A DNA stretch of 64,000 nt from Thermoproteota archaeon (GCA_032249235.1 JAVVGF010000004.1:43525-107524); one strand, 5' to 3'; positions 10,864-21,647 are shown, counted from the first letter of the stretch. Notes: generated from the sequence alone by a model not told the origin. Numbers and translations are program-made.

Positions 10864-11826
10864 ATGAGCTCACCTAGAAGAGGTTCGATGGGATTTTATC
10901 CTAGAGTAAGAGCAAGGAGCATTAGGATTAGAGTTAAATCTTGGCCTTCAGCAAAAGAAGCTGTATTATTAGGCTTTCCTGCATATAAAGTAGGAATGGT
11001 AAGTTCAATACTTTTGGATGCTTATGAAAAATCCCATTTATTTGGTAAAGAAGTAGTTAAAGCTTGCACTGTTCTCGAAGCTCCTCCTGTATATGTTTTA
11101 GGTCTTAAGCTTTATAAAAAAGAAATGGGAGCATTAAAATCACTAGCTACGATTTTCTCCAAAGAAATACCTAAAAAAATATCAGAACGTATAGATGGTC
11201 CTGTAAAAAGTAATTATGATTTAAGTCTTATTGATGAAGTTAAAGATCAGATTGCTGAAATAAGAGCTATAGTTGCAACACAGCCTTTTCTTACAGGTAT
11301 TGGCAAAAAAAAGCCTGATGTTTTTGAGATAAAAATAGGCGGAGAGTTGAATTCTGCAATAGAATATGCCAAGAAGATATTTGGGAAAGAAGTCAGCGTA
11401 AAAGAAGTATTCAAAGAATTGAGTCTAGTTGATGTTATAGGAGTTACTAAAGGAAAAGGCTTCCAAGGTGTAGTTAAAAGATTCGGTGTTAAAGTTTTAC
11501 CAAGATGGCATAAACATAGGAAAGGTAGCAGAAAGGTCGGTTCAATTGGTCCAATAGATCCTTCTCTAATGCGATTTGTTCCAAGACCTGGACAAATGGG
11601 CTTTCATCGTAGAACAGAATATAATAAATTAATCTTGCACATTGGCGAAGATCCGAATAGCATAAATCCCAAAGGAGGCTTTAAACATTATGGTTTGATT
11701 AAAAATAACTATATTCTTCTTTTAGGTAGCGTAATGGGTCCTCCAAAGCGAATTATTTTCTTAAGATATCCAATACGTCCTCAAAAAAGAATTTGGAAAT
11801 ATCAATTGCTTAAGGTTGTTGCATGA
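10864..11826 (+). CDS. rpl3: 50S ribosomal protein L3
   Basis: PRRGSMGFYPR, TKGKGFQGVVKR, GQMGFHRRTE. Confidence 0.97.
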   Translation: MSSPRRGSMGFYPRVRARSIRIRVKSWPSAKEAVLLGFPAYKVGMVSSILLDAYEKSHLFGKEVVKACTVLEAPPVYVLGLKLYKKEMGALKSLATIFSKEIPKKISERIDGPVKSNYDLSLIDEVKDQIAEIRAIVATQPFLTGIGKKKPDVFEIKIGGELNSAIEYAKKIFGKEVSVKEVFKELSLVDVIGVTKGKGFQGVVKRFGVKVLPRWHKHRKGSRKVGSIGPIDPSLMRFVPRPGQMGFHRRTEYNKLILHIGEDPNSINPKGGFKHYGLIKNNYILLLGSVMGPPKRIIFLRYPIRPQKRIWKYQLLKVVA

Positions 11827-12641
11827 TGCTAGAAAAGATTTCATTGGTAGTAATAGATAAAGATGGTAAGTTAGAAAAAACTCTAACATTTTTACCATTA
11901 CCTTTCCTTGCTCCATATCGCTATGATCTAATAAAAAGAGCTGTTTTGACAGAATTGCAAAATCAAAAACAGTCTAAAGGCGTTGATCCCTTAGCAGGTA
12001 AAAGGACTAGTGCAGAAAGCTGGGGCGTTGGTTATGGAATTGCACGTATACCTAGAGTTAAGGGTGCTGGAACTCCTAGAGCTAATCAAGGCGCATTCGC
12101 TCCAAGCACAAGAGGAGGCTATCATCCTACAGCACCTAAATCAAATAAAATAATCAAGGTCAAAATGAACAAAAAAGAGAAGAAATTGGCTTTATTTAGT
12201 GCAATAGCTTCAACTGCTAATTTAGATTTGGTATTGAAAAGAGGACATGTGATAACGAATCCTGATCTCAAATTACCTATAATATTAAGCGAAGAAGTTG
12301 CGAAAATAGAAAAAACAAAAGAGCTTGTAGATTTCTTGAAGAAAATAGGTATCTATGCAGATATTGAAAGAGTAAAAAATAGCATTAAAATAAGAGCAGG
12401 AAAAGGTAAAAGAAGAGGTAGAAGATATAAAGAAAGAAAGGGTCCATTATTAGTCAAATTAGGGAATGAACCAATAGCTAAAGCTTTTAAAAATTTACCT
12501 GGTGCAGACGTTGCTGATGTGAGAAATTTACCTGTATATATGTTAGCTCCTGGCTGTTTACCAGGAAGACTTACACTTTGGACAATAAATTCATTCAATT
12601 ATCTTGCTGAAAGATTCGGTTTTGTAGGTGAAAAGAAATGA
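11823..12641 (+). CDS. rpl4: 50S ribosomal protein L4
   Basis: SAESWGVGYGIARIPR, LAPGCLPGRLT. Confidence 0.97.
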   Translation: MMLEKISLVVIDKDGKLEKTLTFLPLPFLAPYRYDLIKRAVLTELQNQKQSKGVDPLAGKRTSAESWGVGYGIARIPRVKGAGTPRANQGAFAPSTRGGYHPTAPKSNKIIKVKMNKKEKKLALFSAIASTANLDLVLKRGHVITNPDLKLPIILSEEVAKIEKTKELVDFLKKIGIYADIERVKNSIKIRAGKGKRRGRRYKERKGPLLVKLGNEPIAKAFKNLPGADVADVRNLPVYMLAPGCLPGRLTLWTINSFNYLAERFGFVGEKK

Positions 12642-12886
12642 GTATAATAAGATTTGTGATGAATGAAAAAGCCCTAAGGATGGCTGAAAAAGAAAACAAA
12701 ATAGTAGCTATCGTAGATATGAAGCTGAATAAAAATGAAATCAAAAGATTGATTGAAAAAACATATGGTTTAAAGATTGAAAAAATAAATACTCTGATAA
12801 CTAGCAAAGGTGAAAAGAAAGCAATGATAAAGTTAACAAAAGAGTTTTCTGCAATAGATTTCTATGCTAAAATAGGATTGATATGA
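12638..12886 (+). CDS. rpl23: 50S ribosomal protein L23
   Basis: KINTLITSKGEKKAMIKL; synteny. Confidence 0.95.
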   Translation: MSIIRFVMNEKALRMAEKENKIVAIVDMKLNKNEIKRLIEKTYGLKIEKINTLITSKGEKKAMIKLTKEFSAIDFYAKIGLI

Positions 12887-12887
12887 A

Positions 12888-13613
12888 ATGGGCAAGAGAT
12901 TAAGGCAACAAAGAGCTGGAAGAGCTACACCCACTTTCATTTCTCCATCTTGGAGGAAGATAGCTCCAGCGAAATATCCTGCTTGGTTGCATGAAATGAT
13001 AAAAACAAACAAGGTCGTAGGTAAAGTAGTTGATATAATTCCTGAAAGCGGTAGAGATGCTCCTTTATGCTTAATAGAAGTTTCTCAAGGGAAGCAATTT
13101 TATTCGGTCGCTCCTGAAGGAATAGCTATAGGTGATATAATTGAAATTGGGGATGCAGTTCCTATAAAAGTAGGCAATATTTGTAAAGTAGGTAATTTAC
13201 CTGAAGGAACGATTGTATGCAACGTTGAAAGAAGGCCGGGTGATGGAGGGAAATTCGTTAGAGCAGCAGGTTCATATTCAACTGTTTCTTCCCAAACTCA
13301 AAATGGAACAGTAATAATGTTACCTTCAGGAAAGTTTATAGAAATAAATAAAGAATGTCTTGCTACGATTGGTGTTGTTGCAGGAGGCGGTAAAACTGAA
13401 AAACCACTCTTAAAGGCAGGTAAGAGTTATCATAAATATAAAGCTAAGGCGAGAAAATGGCCAACAGTTCGAGGTAAAGCTATGTATGCAGCAGCTCATC
13501 CACACGGAGGAGGTGCTCATCCAAAAGGAGGTAGGGTTGTCAAAAAGACTTCTCCTCCTGGTAAGAAAGTCGGATTATATGGTTCGAAGAGAACAGGTAG
13601 AAGAAAAGGTTAA
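12888..13613 (+). CDS. rpl2: 50S ribosomal protein L2
   Basis: MGKRLRQQRAG, HPHGGG. Confidence 0.97.
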   Translation: MGKRLRQQRAGRATPTFISPSWRKIAPAKYPAWLHEMIKTNKVVGKVVDIIPESGRDAPLCLIEVSQGKQFYSVAPEGIAIGDIIEIGDAVPIKVGNICKVGNLPEGTIVCNVERRPGDGGKFVRAAGSYSTVSSQTQNGTVIMLPSGKFIEINKECLATIGVVAGGGKTEKPLLKAGKSYHKYKAKARKWPTVRGKAMYAAAHPHGGGAHPKGGRVVKKTSPPGKKVGLYGSKRTGRRKG

Positions 13614-13640
13614 AATACTAAATCTAAGTAAGTAAGAATT

Positions 13641-14036
13641 ATGCCTAGAGAATTTACATTTCGCGGTTATACTATTGATCAATTAAGAAAATTACCTATG
13701 GATGAATTCATAAATCTACTCAACTCAAGGGAGAGAAGATCTTTGAAGAGAGGATTATTGAAAAAATATAAGCGATTATTAGAGAAAATCAGAGCTGCTA
13801 AGGCAGGAATATATACAAAGCCCATTAGGACCCATGCTAGAGACATGATAATATTGCCTGAAATGGTAGGCCTAACAATTCATGTTTATAATGGTAAGGA
13901 ATTTGTTCCAGTAGAAATAAAGCCTGAAATGATAGGCTTTAGATTGGGAGATTTCTCTATAACTACGAAGAAAGTAATACATGGAGAGCCAGGTTTGAGA
14001 GCGACAAGAGGATCGATGTATGTTCCTTTGAAGTGA
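13641..14036 (+). CDS. rps19: 30S ribosomal protein S19
   Basis: [20 protein letters not shown]. Confidence 0.97.
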   Translation: MPREFTFRGYTIDQLRKLPMDEFINLLNSRERRSLKRGLLKKYKRLLEKIRAAKAGIYTKPIRTHARDMIILPEMVGLTIHVYNGKEFVPVEIKPEMIGFRLGDFSITTKKVIHGEPGLRATRGSMYVPLK

Positions 14037-14037
14037 A

Positions 14038-14499
14038 ATGCCAGAATTTGGTTATTCTTATAAAGTAGTAGAGCCTGAAAGGACAGTAATAGCAAGTGGT
14101 AGAGATCTGAATATTTCTTTCAAAGAAGCTGTTGAACTTTGTAGATACTTGAAAGGAAGAAAGCTCGATGAAGCAAAGAAGATACTTGAAGAAGTAATTG
14201 AATTGAAAAGAGCTATACCCTTTAGAACTTTCAAGAAAAAAGTCCCTCATCATAGGTATGATAATACAAGCGGGCCTTCTAGATATCCTAAAAAAGTAGC
14301 AAAGGCGTTGCTAAAGATTTTAGAAAGCTTAGAAGCCAATGCTGAGTTTAAAGGTTTGGATCTTAGCAAGATAAAATTAGTTCATTTAGCAGCTCAAAAA
14401 GGATATAAAATAAAAAAATACATTCCAAGAGCTTTCGGCAGATCAAGCCCTTACTTTAGAGAGTTAGTTCATATTGAAGTGGTTGGTGTTGAGAGTTAA
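14038..14499 (+). CDS. rpl22: 50S ribosomal protein L22
   Basis: RYPKKVA, PRAFGRSSP. Confidence 0.96.
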   Translation: MPEFGYSYKVVEPERTVIASGRDLNISFKEAVELCRYLKGRKLDEAKKILEEVIELKRAIPFRTFKKKVPHHRYDNTSGPSRYPKKVAKALLKILESLEANAEFKGLDLSKIKLVHLAAQKGYKIKKYIPRAFGRSSPYFRELVHIEVVGVES

Positions 14500-15134
14500 T
14501 GCCGACAACAGCTAAACAATTTATTAAATTTGCAACGCTTCAAGCTGATATTAAAGAATTTATAGAGAATAAACTAAAGGATGCAGGAATAGCGAATATA
14601 GATGTTCAACAAATAGCTACAGGCTTGAGAATAATAATAGATGTCGAAAAGCCTAAAATAGCCTTAGGTCCGCATGGTATAAAAATAAAAGAAGTTGAAG
14701 AAGGTATAAAGGCATTATTCAACGTAAAAAACGTAGAAATATTTGTAAACGAAGTAACAAATCCTTCTTTATATCCTAGCATTATAGCTAACAGAATTGC
14801 TTCTGCAATGGAAAGAGGAATACATTTCCGTAGAGCCGCTAATTTAGCGTTGAAACAAATAATGGAAGCTGGGGCATTAGGAGCTGAAATAACTATTAGT
14901 GGTAAGTTAGTAAGTGAAAGAGCGAGATTTGAAAAATTCAGATTTGGCATAATTCCTAAATCAGGACAACCTGCACATGAATATGTAAGGAAAGCTACTA
15001 CGCACGTCTTACTTAAACCTGGTATATTTGGAATAAAAGTAAAAATATTGCCGCCTGTTCAATTGCCAGATGATAAACTGAGAAAGGTAATGGAATTGAG
15101 TAAAGAGAAAATCAAGCAACAGGTTGAAACATGA
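14499..15134 (+). CDS. rps3: 30S ribosomal protein S3
   Basis: GAEITISGKL, KPGIFGIKVKI. Confidence 0.96.
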   Translation: MPTTAKQFIKFATLQADIKEFIENKLKDAGIANIDVQQIATGLRIIIDVEKPKIALGPHGIKIKEVEEGIKALFNVKNVEIFVNEVTNPSLYPSIIANRIASAMERGIHFRRAANLALKQIMEAGALGAEITISGKLVSERARFEKFRFGIIPKSGQPAHEYVRKATTHVLLKPGIFGIKVKILPPVQLPDDKLRKVMELSKEKIKQQVET

Positions 15135-15343
15135 AGTTAAAAGAGTTGAGGAAATTATCTAGAGAAGAAAGAGAAAAAAGATTGAAGGAGCTACAACTAG
15201 AATTGATAAAAGTCAGATCCCAATTTGTTGCAGGAAAACCTCCTAAGAATGTAAAGCTTTTAAGAAACTTAAGAAAGGAAATTGCAAGAATATTGACTAT
15301 AAATAGAGAAGAGGATTTGAAGAATGAAGCTAAGAAAAGATAA
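15131..15343 (+). CDS. rpl29: 50S ribosomal protein L29
   Basis: LRKEIARILT; synteny. Confidence 0.95.
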   Translation: MKLKELRKLSREEREKRLKELQLELIKVRSQFVAGKPPKNVKLLRNLRKEIARILTINREEDLKNEAKKR

Positions 15344-15584
15344 TCTGCATGCTCATGAATTGTTAGGAATGGAAGTTATAGTATTGGATAATAAAGGAGA
15401 GGAAATCATGAAAGGAATTATTTTCGATGAAAGTAAGGAAACGATAAAAATAAAAAATGTTTCAAAAAAGAGAATTTTTCTCAAAAGATCTCACGATTTC
15501 GTTTTCGAAATAAATAATGAGAGGATAAAAATTAAAGGAATTAATTTAATTGGAAGACCTGAAGAGAGGATAAGGAAAATATGA
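15324..15584 (+). CDS. rnp1: RNase P protein component 1 (Rpp29)
   Basis: HELLG..GIIFDESK..GRPEERI; synteny. Confidence 0.9.
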   Translation: MKLRKDNLHAHELLGMEVIVLDNKGEEIMKGIIFDESKETIKIKNVSKKRIFLKRSHDFVFEINNERIKIKGINLIGRPEERIRKI

Positions 15585-15901
15585 AGAAAAGAGTCATCTT
15601 CGGAATAGAACCTCCTCAAGAAGTTTGTGATGATAAGCTATGTCCATTCCATGGAGAGCTTTCAGTAAGAGGTAGGATTGATACTGGAACTGTTATAAAG
15701 CTTAAAGCAATGAAGACTGCCGTCGTTGAAAAAGAATATTTAGTTTTCATAAAGAAATATCAACGCTATGAGAGAAGAAGAAGTAAATATCATGTACATG
15801 TTCCAGCATGTATAAAAGTAAAAGAGGGAGATAAAGTCATCTTTGGAGAATGTAGGCCTTTAGCTAAAACAGTCTCTTCAGTTATACTAAAGGTTATATG
15901 A
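15581..15901 (+). CDS. rps17: 30S ribosomal protein S17
   Basis: CDDKLCPFHG, ECRPLAKT. Confidence 0.96.
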   Translation: MKKRVIFGIEPPQEVCDDKLCPFHGELSVRGRIDTGTVIKLKAMKTAVVEKEYLVFIKKYQRYERRRSKYHVHVPACIKVKEGDKVIFGECRPLAKTVSSVILKVI

Positions 15902-15940
15902 AAAGCTTATATCTAGCCAGCTTTTATAGAGAGATGTATC

Positions 15941-16366
15941 ATGGCTAAAAGAGGAGGAAAAGTTGCAGTTGCAACATTTAGGGCTCGTATATCAAGAGCT
16001 ATTCCTGTTAATGCTATTGTTAATTGTGCAGATAACTCTGGAGTATTGCAGGCAAAAGTTATTGGTGTCTTTGCATTAAACACAAGAAAAAGAAGAATAC
16101 CTACAGCTGCTGTAGGAGATATGGTTAAAGTATCTGTATATAAAGGTAAAACTGAACTTAAAGATCAGCTTCTAAATGCTGTAGTTATAAGGCAGAGGAA
16201 GCCTTATAGAAGACCAGACGGTTCTTGGATTGCTTTTGAAGACAATGCAGTTGTAATACTAACTCCTGAAGGAGATGTAAAAGGTACTGAAATTTATGGT
16301 CCTGTAGCAAAGGAAGCAGCAGAAAGATGGCCTAAAATAGCTGCTATTGCATCATTAGTGGTATAA
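15941..16366 (+). CDS. rpl14: 50S ribosomal protein L14
   Basis: CADNSG, FEDNAVV. Confidence 0.97.
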   Translation: MAKRGGKVAVATFRARISRAIPVNAIVNCADNSGVLQAKVIGVFALNTRKRRIPTAAVGDMVKVSVYKGKTELKDQLLNAVVIRQRKPYRRPDGSWIAFEDNAVVILTPEGDVKGTEIYGPVAKEAAERWPKIAAIASLVV

Positions 16367-16731
16367 TGGCTTCAAAAAAACCTTCTACACAAAGGAGACA
16401 AATATATAAACTCTTCACTAATAAAGATTACTCCAAGCTTTTACATGTTCATTTGAGTAAAGAATTAAGAGAAAAATATAAGAGAAGAGCTATAAGAGTG
16501 AGGAAAGGAGATATAGTTCGCGTAATGCGAGGTTCTTATAGGGGTTATGAAGGAAAAGTAGCTAAAGTTGAGCCAAAAAGGGGCTTCGTATATATTGAAG
16601 GATTGACGAGAAAGACGATGCGAGGAAAACCTGTAATGATACCTATTCATGCTTCAAAATTAATGATCGTAAAACTCGATTTAAGTGATAAACTTAGAGT
16701 AGAAAAACTAGAAGAGAAGATTAAAGCATGA
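16366..16731 (+). CDS. rpl24: 50S ribosomal protein L24
   Basis: KOW motif VRKGDIVRVMRG; IHASKL. Confidence 0.96.
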   Translation: MASKKPSTQRRQIYKLFTNKDYSKLLHVHLSKELREKYKRRAIRVRKGDIVRVMRGSYRGYEGKVAKVEPKRGFVYIEGLTRKTMRGKPVMIPIHASKLMIVKLDLSDKLRVEKLEEKIKA

Positions 16732-17513
16732 GCCCCCATATTAAGCGCTTAGCAGCACCAGATTTTTGGCCAATATTGAAAAAAACTACAAAATGGACAA
16801 TACATCCATCGCCAGGTCCTCATCCTCTGGAATATTGCATTCCTTTAGCTATAGTTTTAAGAGAAATTCTAGGATATGCATCGAATATGAAAGAAGTAAA
16901 ATACATATTAGCCAAAGGTTTTGTTAAAAGAGATGGTAAAATAATAAGGGATCATAAATTTCCTTTAGGTTTCATGGATGTTTTAGAGTTAGCTAAGGAT
17001 CCTCAACCTTATAGATTTCTTCCATATAAAGGAATACCTCTAGTGTGTGCGAAGATACCTAAAGAAGAGGCTTCGATGAAAATATGTAAAGTTGTAGGTA
17101 AAAGAACTGTTAGAAAAGGAAAGCTACAATTAAATCTTCATGATGGAAGGAATGTCTTAATAGATGCTCAAGATAAAGACAAAATTAAGATAAATGATTC
17201 ATTATTAATAGAAATTCCTTCGCAAAACGTTAAAGAAATCATAAAATTTGAAGAAGGAAATGTTTGTTTGATATATCGTGGCATCAATGCTGGTTCTTAT
17301 GGTATTTTGAAGAAAATTAATACTGTAATACCTAAGAGAAATAGTATAGTGGAAATTGAAGATATGAATGGAAATATTATAAGGACAAATATAAATTATG
17401 CGATCCCAGTAGGTTACGAAAAGCCTTTACTGAAAATGATTGAAAGTGATGTAGACTATGTTACGCCCATGATTTATAGAAAAATATCTTTGAAAGGGTA
17501 CCATGTCGATTGA
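16728..17513 (+). CDS. rps4e: 30S ribosomal protein S4e
   Basis: HIKRLAAP, PSPGPH, LHDGRN. Confidence 0.96.
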   Translation: MSPHIKRLAAPDFWPILKKTTKWTIHPSPGPHPLEYCIPLAIVLREILGYASNMKEVKYILAKGFVKRDGKIIRDHKFPLGFMDVLELAKDPQPYRFLPYKGIPLVCAKIPKEEASMKICKVVGKRTVRKGKLQLNLHDGRNVLIDAQDKDKIKINDSLLIEIPSQNVKEIIKFEEGNVCLIYRGINAGSYGILKKINTVIPKRNSIVEIEDMNGNIIRTNINYAIPVGYEKPLLKMIESDVDYVTPMIYRKISLKGYHVD

Positions 17514-18030
17514 AAATCAGCTCACTAATCCGATGAGAACTATAAAAGTTCATTCAGTAGTTCTGAATATTTCAGTAGGTTCTTCTGAAGAAAAATTGGA
17601 AGGTGCTGCAAAGATTTTAGAGAAATTAACGGGTCAGAAGCCTAGCTACAGGAGAGCTAAAAAAACTATTAAAGAATTCAAAATAAAGAAGGGTGAGCCT
17701 ATAGCATGTATAGTAACCTTAAGAGGAAAAAAGGCTGAAGAAATTCTAGATAAAGCTTTAGAAGCTGTGAATAGAAGAATAAAGGCAGAATCCTTTACTG
17801 ATCGCGGAAACTTTAGCTTTGGAATTAAAGAATACATTGATATACCTGGAATGATCTATGATCCTTCAATAGGAATATTAGGTATGGATGTATGTGTCAA
17901 CCTTGCAAGAGCTGGATGGAGAGTTAAACAAAGAAGAGTAAAGGCTTCTAAGATAGGTAAAAATCATTTAGTAACTAAGGAAGAAGCTATAGAATTCATG
18001 AAAGAAAAATTTAAGGTTGAAATAATATGA
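17503..18030 (+). CDS. rpl5: 50S ribosomal protein L5
   Basis: [19 protein letters not shown]. Confidence 0.96.
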   Translation: MSIENQLTNPMRTIKVHSVVLNISVGSSEEKLEGAAKILEKLTGQKPSYRRAKKTIKEFKIKKGEPIACIVTLRGKKAEEILDKALEAVNRRIKAESFTDRGNFSFGIKEYIDIPGMIYDPSIGILGMDVCVNLARAGWRVKQRRVKASKIGKNHLVTKEEAIEFMKEKFKVEII

Positions 18031-18188
18031 AGCAACCAAAGCCTAAAGAAAGAAAGTTTGGAAAGACAACTCATAGATGTAAAAGATGTGGAACTACAGA
18101 TGGGGTTATTCGTAAGTATGGCTTATTATATTGTAGAAGATGCTTCAGAGAAATAGCTCCACTTATGGGCTTCAAGAAATATGAATAA
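18027..18188 (+). CDS. rps14: 30S ribosomal protein S14 (Zn-binding), 53 aa, below the ORF track cutoff
   Basis: Translated by hand: [22 protein letters not shown]...YCRRCFRE...GFKKYE. Confidence 0.96.
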   Translation: MKQPKPKERKFGKTTHRCKRCGTTDGVIRKYGLLYCRRCFREIAPLMGFKKYE

Positions 18189-18232
18189 AAGCTTATATTT
18201 GATTTGAAGCATTAAATACATTCAGACTTATC

Positions 18233-18616
18233 ATGAACTTGCTCGCAAATACTTTAAGTGCGATAAAAAATGCTGAGATGAGGAATAAAAAGGAGTGTAT
18301 AGTATATCCTGCATCAAAATTTGTTGGCTCAGTTCTTAAGGTAATACAAAAGCATGCCTATATTGGAGAATTCGAGCTCATCGATGATGGTAGAGGAGGG
18401 AAGTTTAGAATTCAGTTATTAGGTAGGATAAATGATTGTGGAATTATAAAACCAAGACTTGGTGTTAGTTACCGTGAACTTGTAAAATATGAAAGTAAAT
18501 ATTTACCTAGCAGGGATATAGGATTGCTAATCCTTTCAACTTCTAAAGGTATAATGACAAGTAGAGAGTGCATGGAAAATAGAATAGGAGGCGTCTTGCT
18601 TTGTTATGTCTATTAG
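18233..18616 (+). CDS. rps8: 30S ribosomal protein S8
   Basis: YIGEFELIDDGRGG, STSKGIM. Confidence 0.97.
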   Translation: MNLLANTLSAIKNAEMRNKKECIVYPASKFVGSVLKVIQKHAYIGEFELIDDGRGGKFRIQLLGRINDCGIIKPRLGVSYRELVKYESKYLPSRDIGLLILSTSKGIMTSRECMENRIGGVLLCYVY

Positions 18617-19181
18617 CAAAGCTTTAGTTATAAATAGGGAAGAAATTGAAATCCCCAATGATGTAGATGTTAAAGTTAGTGAGAATTATGTCCTAGAAAT
18701 TAGTGGAAAACTTGGGAAAATAATAAGAGATCTTAGCCCATATAAATTAAAAATATCAAAAAATAAATATAGAATATATAAAGAAAATAATAAGATAATT
18801 ATTGAAACTATGATAAAAGGAAAAAGAGGTGTATCTCTTTTATATACTCTTGTTTCAAAAATAAAATCTGCAATTAAAGGAGTAAGAGAAGGATATACCT
18901 ATAAATTAAAAATTGTCTATTCACACTTTCCTATTTCTATTAAAGTTAAAGGGAAAGAGGTATATATAGAAAATTTCATAGGTGAAAGAGCTCCTAGAAT
19001 AGCTAAAATAATAGGAGATGCAACGAAGGTTGTAGTTAAAGGAGATGATATTGAAGTTACTGGTATAGATAAAGATGAAGTGAGCCAAACTGCAGCAAAC
19101 ATTCAACAAGCTACGAAAATAAAAAAGAGGGATCCTAGAAAATTCCTTGACGGAATATACATATATTACAGAGGTAAGTGA
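18606..19181 (+). CDS. rpl6: 50S ribosomal protein L6
   Basis: YSHFP, NFIGE, DPRKFLDGIY. Confidence 0.96.
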   Translation: MSISKALVINREEIEIPNDVDVKVSENYVLEISGKLGKIIRDLSPYKLKISKNKYRIYKENNKIIIETMIKGKRGVSLLYTLVSKIKSAIKGVREGYTYKLKIVYSHFPISIKVKGKEVYIENFIGERAPRIAKIIGDATKVVVKGDDIEVTGIDKDEVSQTAANIQQATKIKKRDPRKFLDGIYIYYRGK

Positions 19182-19182
19182 A

Positions 19183-19572
19183 ATGAGCGAAAAAGAACTT
19201 AAGAAAGCATTGGAAATAAGAGAAATTCAAAAAAAGAAAATGCCAGATTTCGTGAGATCAGATTCATGGAAGGTTAAAAGATTAGAAGATTCAGGCTGGA
19301 GGAAACCAAAAGGCTTGGATAATAAAATGAGGATACAAAGGAAAGGATGGCCTCCTATAGTTAAGATCGGTTATAGAAAGATTAAACTTGCAAGATATTT
19401 GCATCCGTCAGGGCTTAAGGAAGTACTAGTGCATAATAAAAATGAACTGGAAGGTTTAGATCCTGAAAAGCATATTATAAGAATAGCTTCAAGTGTAGGT
19501 AGAAAGAAAAGAATCGAAATAATAGAAGAAGCACAAAAATTAGGATTAAAAATAGCGAATCCTAGGATATGA
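19183..19572 (+). CDS. rpl32e: 50S ribosomal protein L32e
   Basis: WRKPKGLDNKMR, LHPSG; ATG at 19183. Confidence 0.96.
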   Translation: MSEKELKKALEIREIQKKKMPDFVRSDSWKVKRLEDSGWRKPKGLDNKMRIQRKGWPPIVKIGYRKIKLARYLHPSGLKEVLVHNKNELEGLDPEKHIIRIASSVGRKKRIEIIEEAQKLGLKIANPRI

Positions 19573-20000
19573 GCTTAGAATACGTAAAGGAGCTTGCTTC
19601 TAAAGTAGCAGGCGTAGGTAAATCTAGAATATACATCGACCCCCAATACTATGATAGGGTTTCTACTGTAATATCTAGAGAAGAAGTTAGAAAGTTAATA
19701 GAAGACGGTATAATAAAAATAAAACAAAAGAAAGGTCAAGTTTGGAGGAAAGAGAAAATAAAGAAGAGAAGGAAAAGAAGAGGTGCCGGTAGCAAGAAGG
19801 GAAAAAGAGTCAAGGTTAAAAAGAAAGAGTATGTTTTGCGTGTAAGAGGGTTAAGGAGATTTTTAAGAGAGTTATATGATAAAGGTGCAATGGATTCAGA
19901 AACATATAGAAAACTTAGATTGATGATCAAAGCTGGCGTAATAAGAAGTAAGAGCAGGATAAAAAGCTACTTAGAACAATTAAAAGGCAAGGTATCTTGA
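19569..20000 (+). CDS. rpl19e: 50S ribosomal protein L19e
   Basis: GVGKSRI, RRGAGSKKG; synteny. Confidence 0.95.
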   Translation: MSLEYVKELASKVAGVGKSRIYIDPQYYDRVSTVISREEVRKLIEDGIIKIKQKKGQVWRKEKIKKRRKRRGAGSKKGKRVKVKKKEYVLRVRGLRRFLRELYDKGAMDSETYRKLRLMIKAGVIRSKSRIKSYLEQLKGKVS

Positions 20001-20001
20001 G

Positions 20002-20592
20002 ATGCCATATAGGATAAAATTTAGAAGGAGGAGAGAAAATAAAACTAATTATTCAAAGAGGAAAATCTTCGTAATATCTGGGAAGATACGTTTTTGTGTC
20101 AGGAGATCTAACAAGTATATTCTAGTTCAATTCATAAAGCCTGCAATACAAGGAGACATAACTCTTTTAGCAGTCAATTCGATAAAACTGAAAAAATACG
20201 GCTGGCCTTTCTCATGCAAAAACTTGCCTGCAGCATACTTAACGGGATATTTGGCTGGTTTGAAAGCTCTTAAGCAAGGAATAAAAGAAGCTGTGCTCGA
20301 TATAGGTCTTAGGACTCCTACTAAAGGCAATAGAATCTTTGCTGTAGTTAAAGGTGCAATAGATGCAGGCCTTAAAATACCTGTTGGAGAAGAAGTTTTA
20401 CCTAGCGAAGAAAGAATTAGAGGTTCGCATATAGTCGAGTATTTCAAAATTTTAAAAGAGAAAGGAGAACATGAGAAAAGATTTAGTGCGTATATTAAAA
20501 ACAATTTAAGCGTTGAAGAAATTCAAAATTATTTCGAAAAGGTTAAATCTGAGATATTTGAAAAGATAGGTGCTAAAAATGTCTCTAGTTGA
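20002..20592 (+). CDS. rpl18: 50S ribosomal protein L18
   Basis: RRRRENKTNY, NLPAAYLTG. Confidence 0.96.
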   Translation: MPYRIKFRRRRENKTNYSKRKIFVISGKIRFCVRRSNKYILVQFIKPAIQGDITLLAVNSIKLKKYGWPFSCKNLPAAYLTGYLAGLKALKQGIKEAVLDIGLRTPTKGNRIFAVVKGAIDAGLKIPVGEEVLPSEERIRGSHIVEYFKILKEKGEHEKRFSAYIKNNLSVEEIQNYFEKVKSEIFEKIGAKNVSS

Positions 20593-21184
20593 AAGCTGGC
20601 AACCAAAGACAAAACTAGGAAGACTTGTAAGGGAAGGTAAAATAACTAGCATAGATGAGATATTTCAAAACAATTACAAAATACAAGAACCTGAAATTGT
20701 AGATATTTTATTGCCAAATCTAAAGGTTCAAGTATTATATTCAACAATTGTTCAAAAACAAACAGCTGCTGGCGAAATTACTAGATTTAGAAGTTTAGTT
20801 GTAGTAGGCGATGGAAACGGCCATATTGGCTTAGGATTAGGAAAAGCGAAACAAACAAGGATCGCTATAGAGAAAGCTACTGCTCAAGCAAAACTCAATT
20901 TAATACCTGTTTTGAGAGGATGCGGTAGTTGGGAATGTTCATGCGGAAGACCTCATAGCGTTCCTTTTAGAGCTTTTGGAAAATGTGGTTCAGTAAGGAT
21001 TGAACTTAAGCCAGGTCCATATGGTCTAGGCTTAGTAGTAGGCGAGTTCGTCAAACCAATTTTTATGCTAGCTGGTATATCTGATGTCTGGTCATTTACA
21101 AAGGGTAATACAAGTAATAGGATAAACTTTGCTTTCGCTGTTTATGATGCTTTAAAGAATCTCTATAAGTTAAACGTTTTCTGA
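20579..21184 (+). CDS. rps5: 30S ribosomal protein S5
   Basis: WQPKTKLGRLV, RGCGSWEC. Confidence 0.96.
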   Translation: MSLVESWQPKTKLGRLVREGKITSIDEIFQNNYKIQEPEIVDILLPNLKVQVLYSTIVQKQTAAGEITRFRSLVVVGDGNGHIGLGLGKAKQTRIAIEKATAQAKLNLIPVLRGCGSWECSCGRPHSVPFRAFGKCGSVRIELKPGPYGLGLVVGEFVKPIFMLAGISDVWSFTKGNTSNRINFAFAVYDALKNLYKLNVF

Positions 21185-21185
21185 A

Positions 21186-21647
21186 ATGCCTGATTTGATA
21201 GCGATTGTTAGAATAAGAAGCCTCATAGATAGACATCCAGATGTAAGGAAGACTGTAGATTTGTTGAAATTAAGAAGGATTAACACATGCGTTATTTATC
21301 CTGATTCTGAATCTTTAAGGGGAATGCTAAAATTGGCTTCACAAGTCGTGACTTATGGAGAAATAGATAAAGCCACACTTGTTGAACTTCTAAAGAAAAG
21401 AGGTAGAACAATAGGAGATAAACCTTTAAATGAAGAATTGTTGAAGAAAAATGGCTATAATAGTTTTGAAGAATTAGCTGATGAGATATTTAAAACAGGT
21501 AAAATTCCGAGCTTCATTAAACCCTTCTTTAGACTTAATCCTCCTAAAGGAGGCTTCAAAAGATCTACAAAGAAAATGATTGTAGATAAAGGAGAACTTG
21601 GATATAGAGGAAAAGATATCAATAATTTAATTCAGCGAATGTTATAG
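21186..21647 (+). CDS. rpl30: 50S ribosomal protein L30
   Basis: FRLNPPKGG, GELGYRG. Confidence 0.95.
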   Translation: MPDLIAIVRIRSLIDRHPDVRKTVDLLKLRRINTCVIYPDSESLRGMLKLASQVVTYGEIDKATLVELLKKRGRTIGDKPLNEELLKKNGYNSFEELADEIFKTGKIPSFIKPFFRLNPPKGGFKRSTKKMIVDKGELGYRGKDINNLIQRML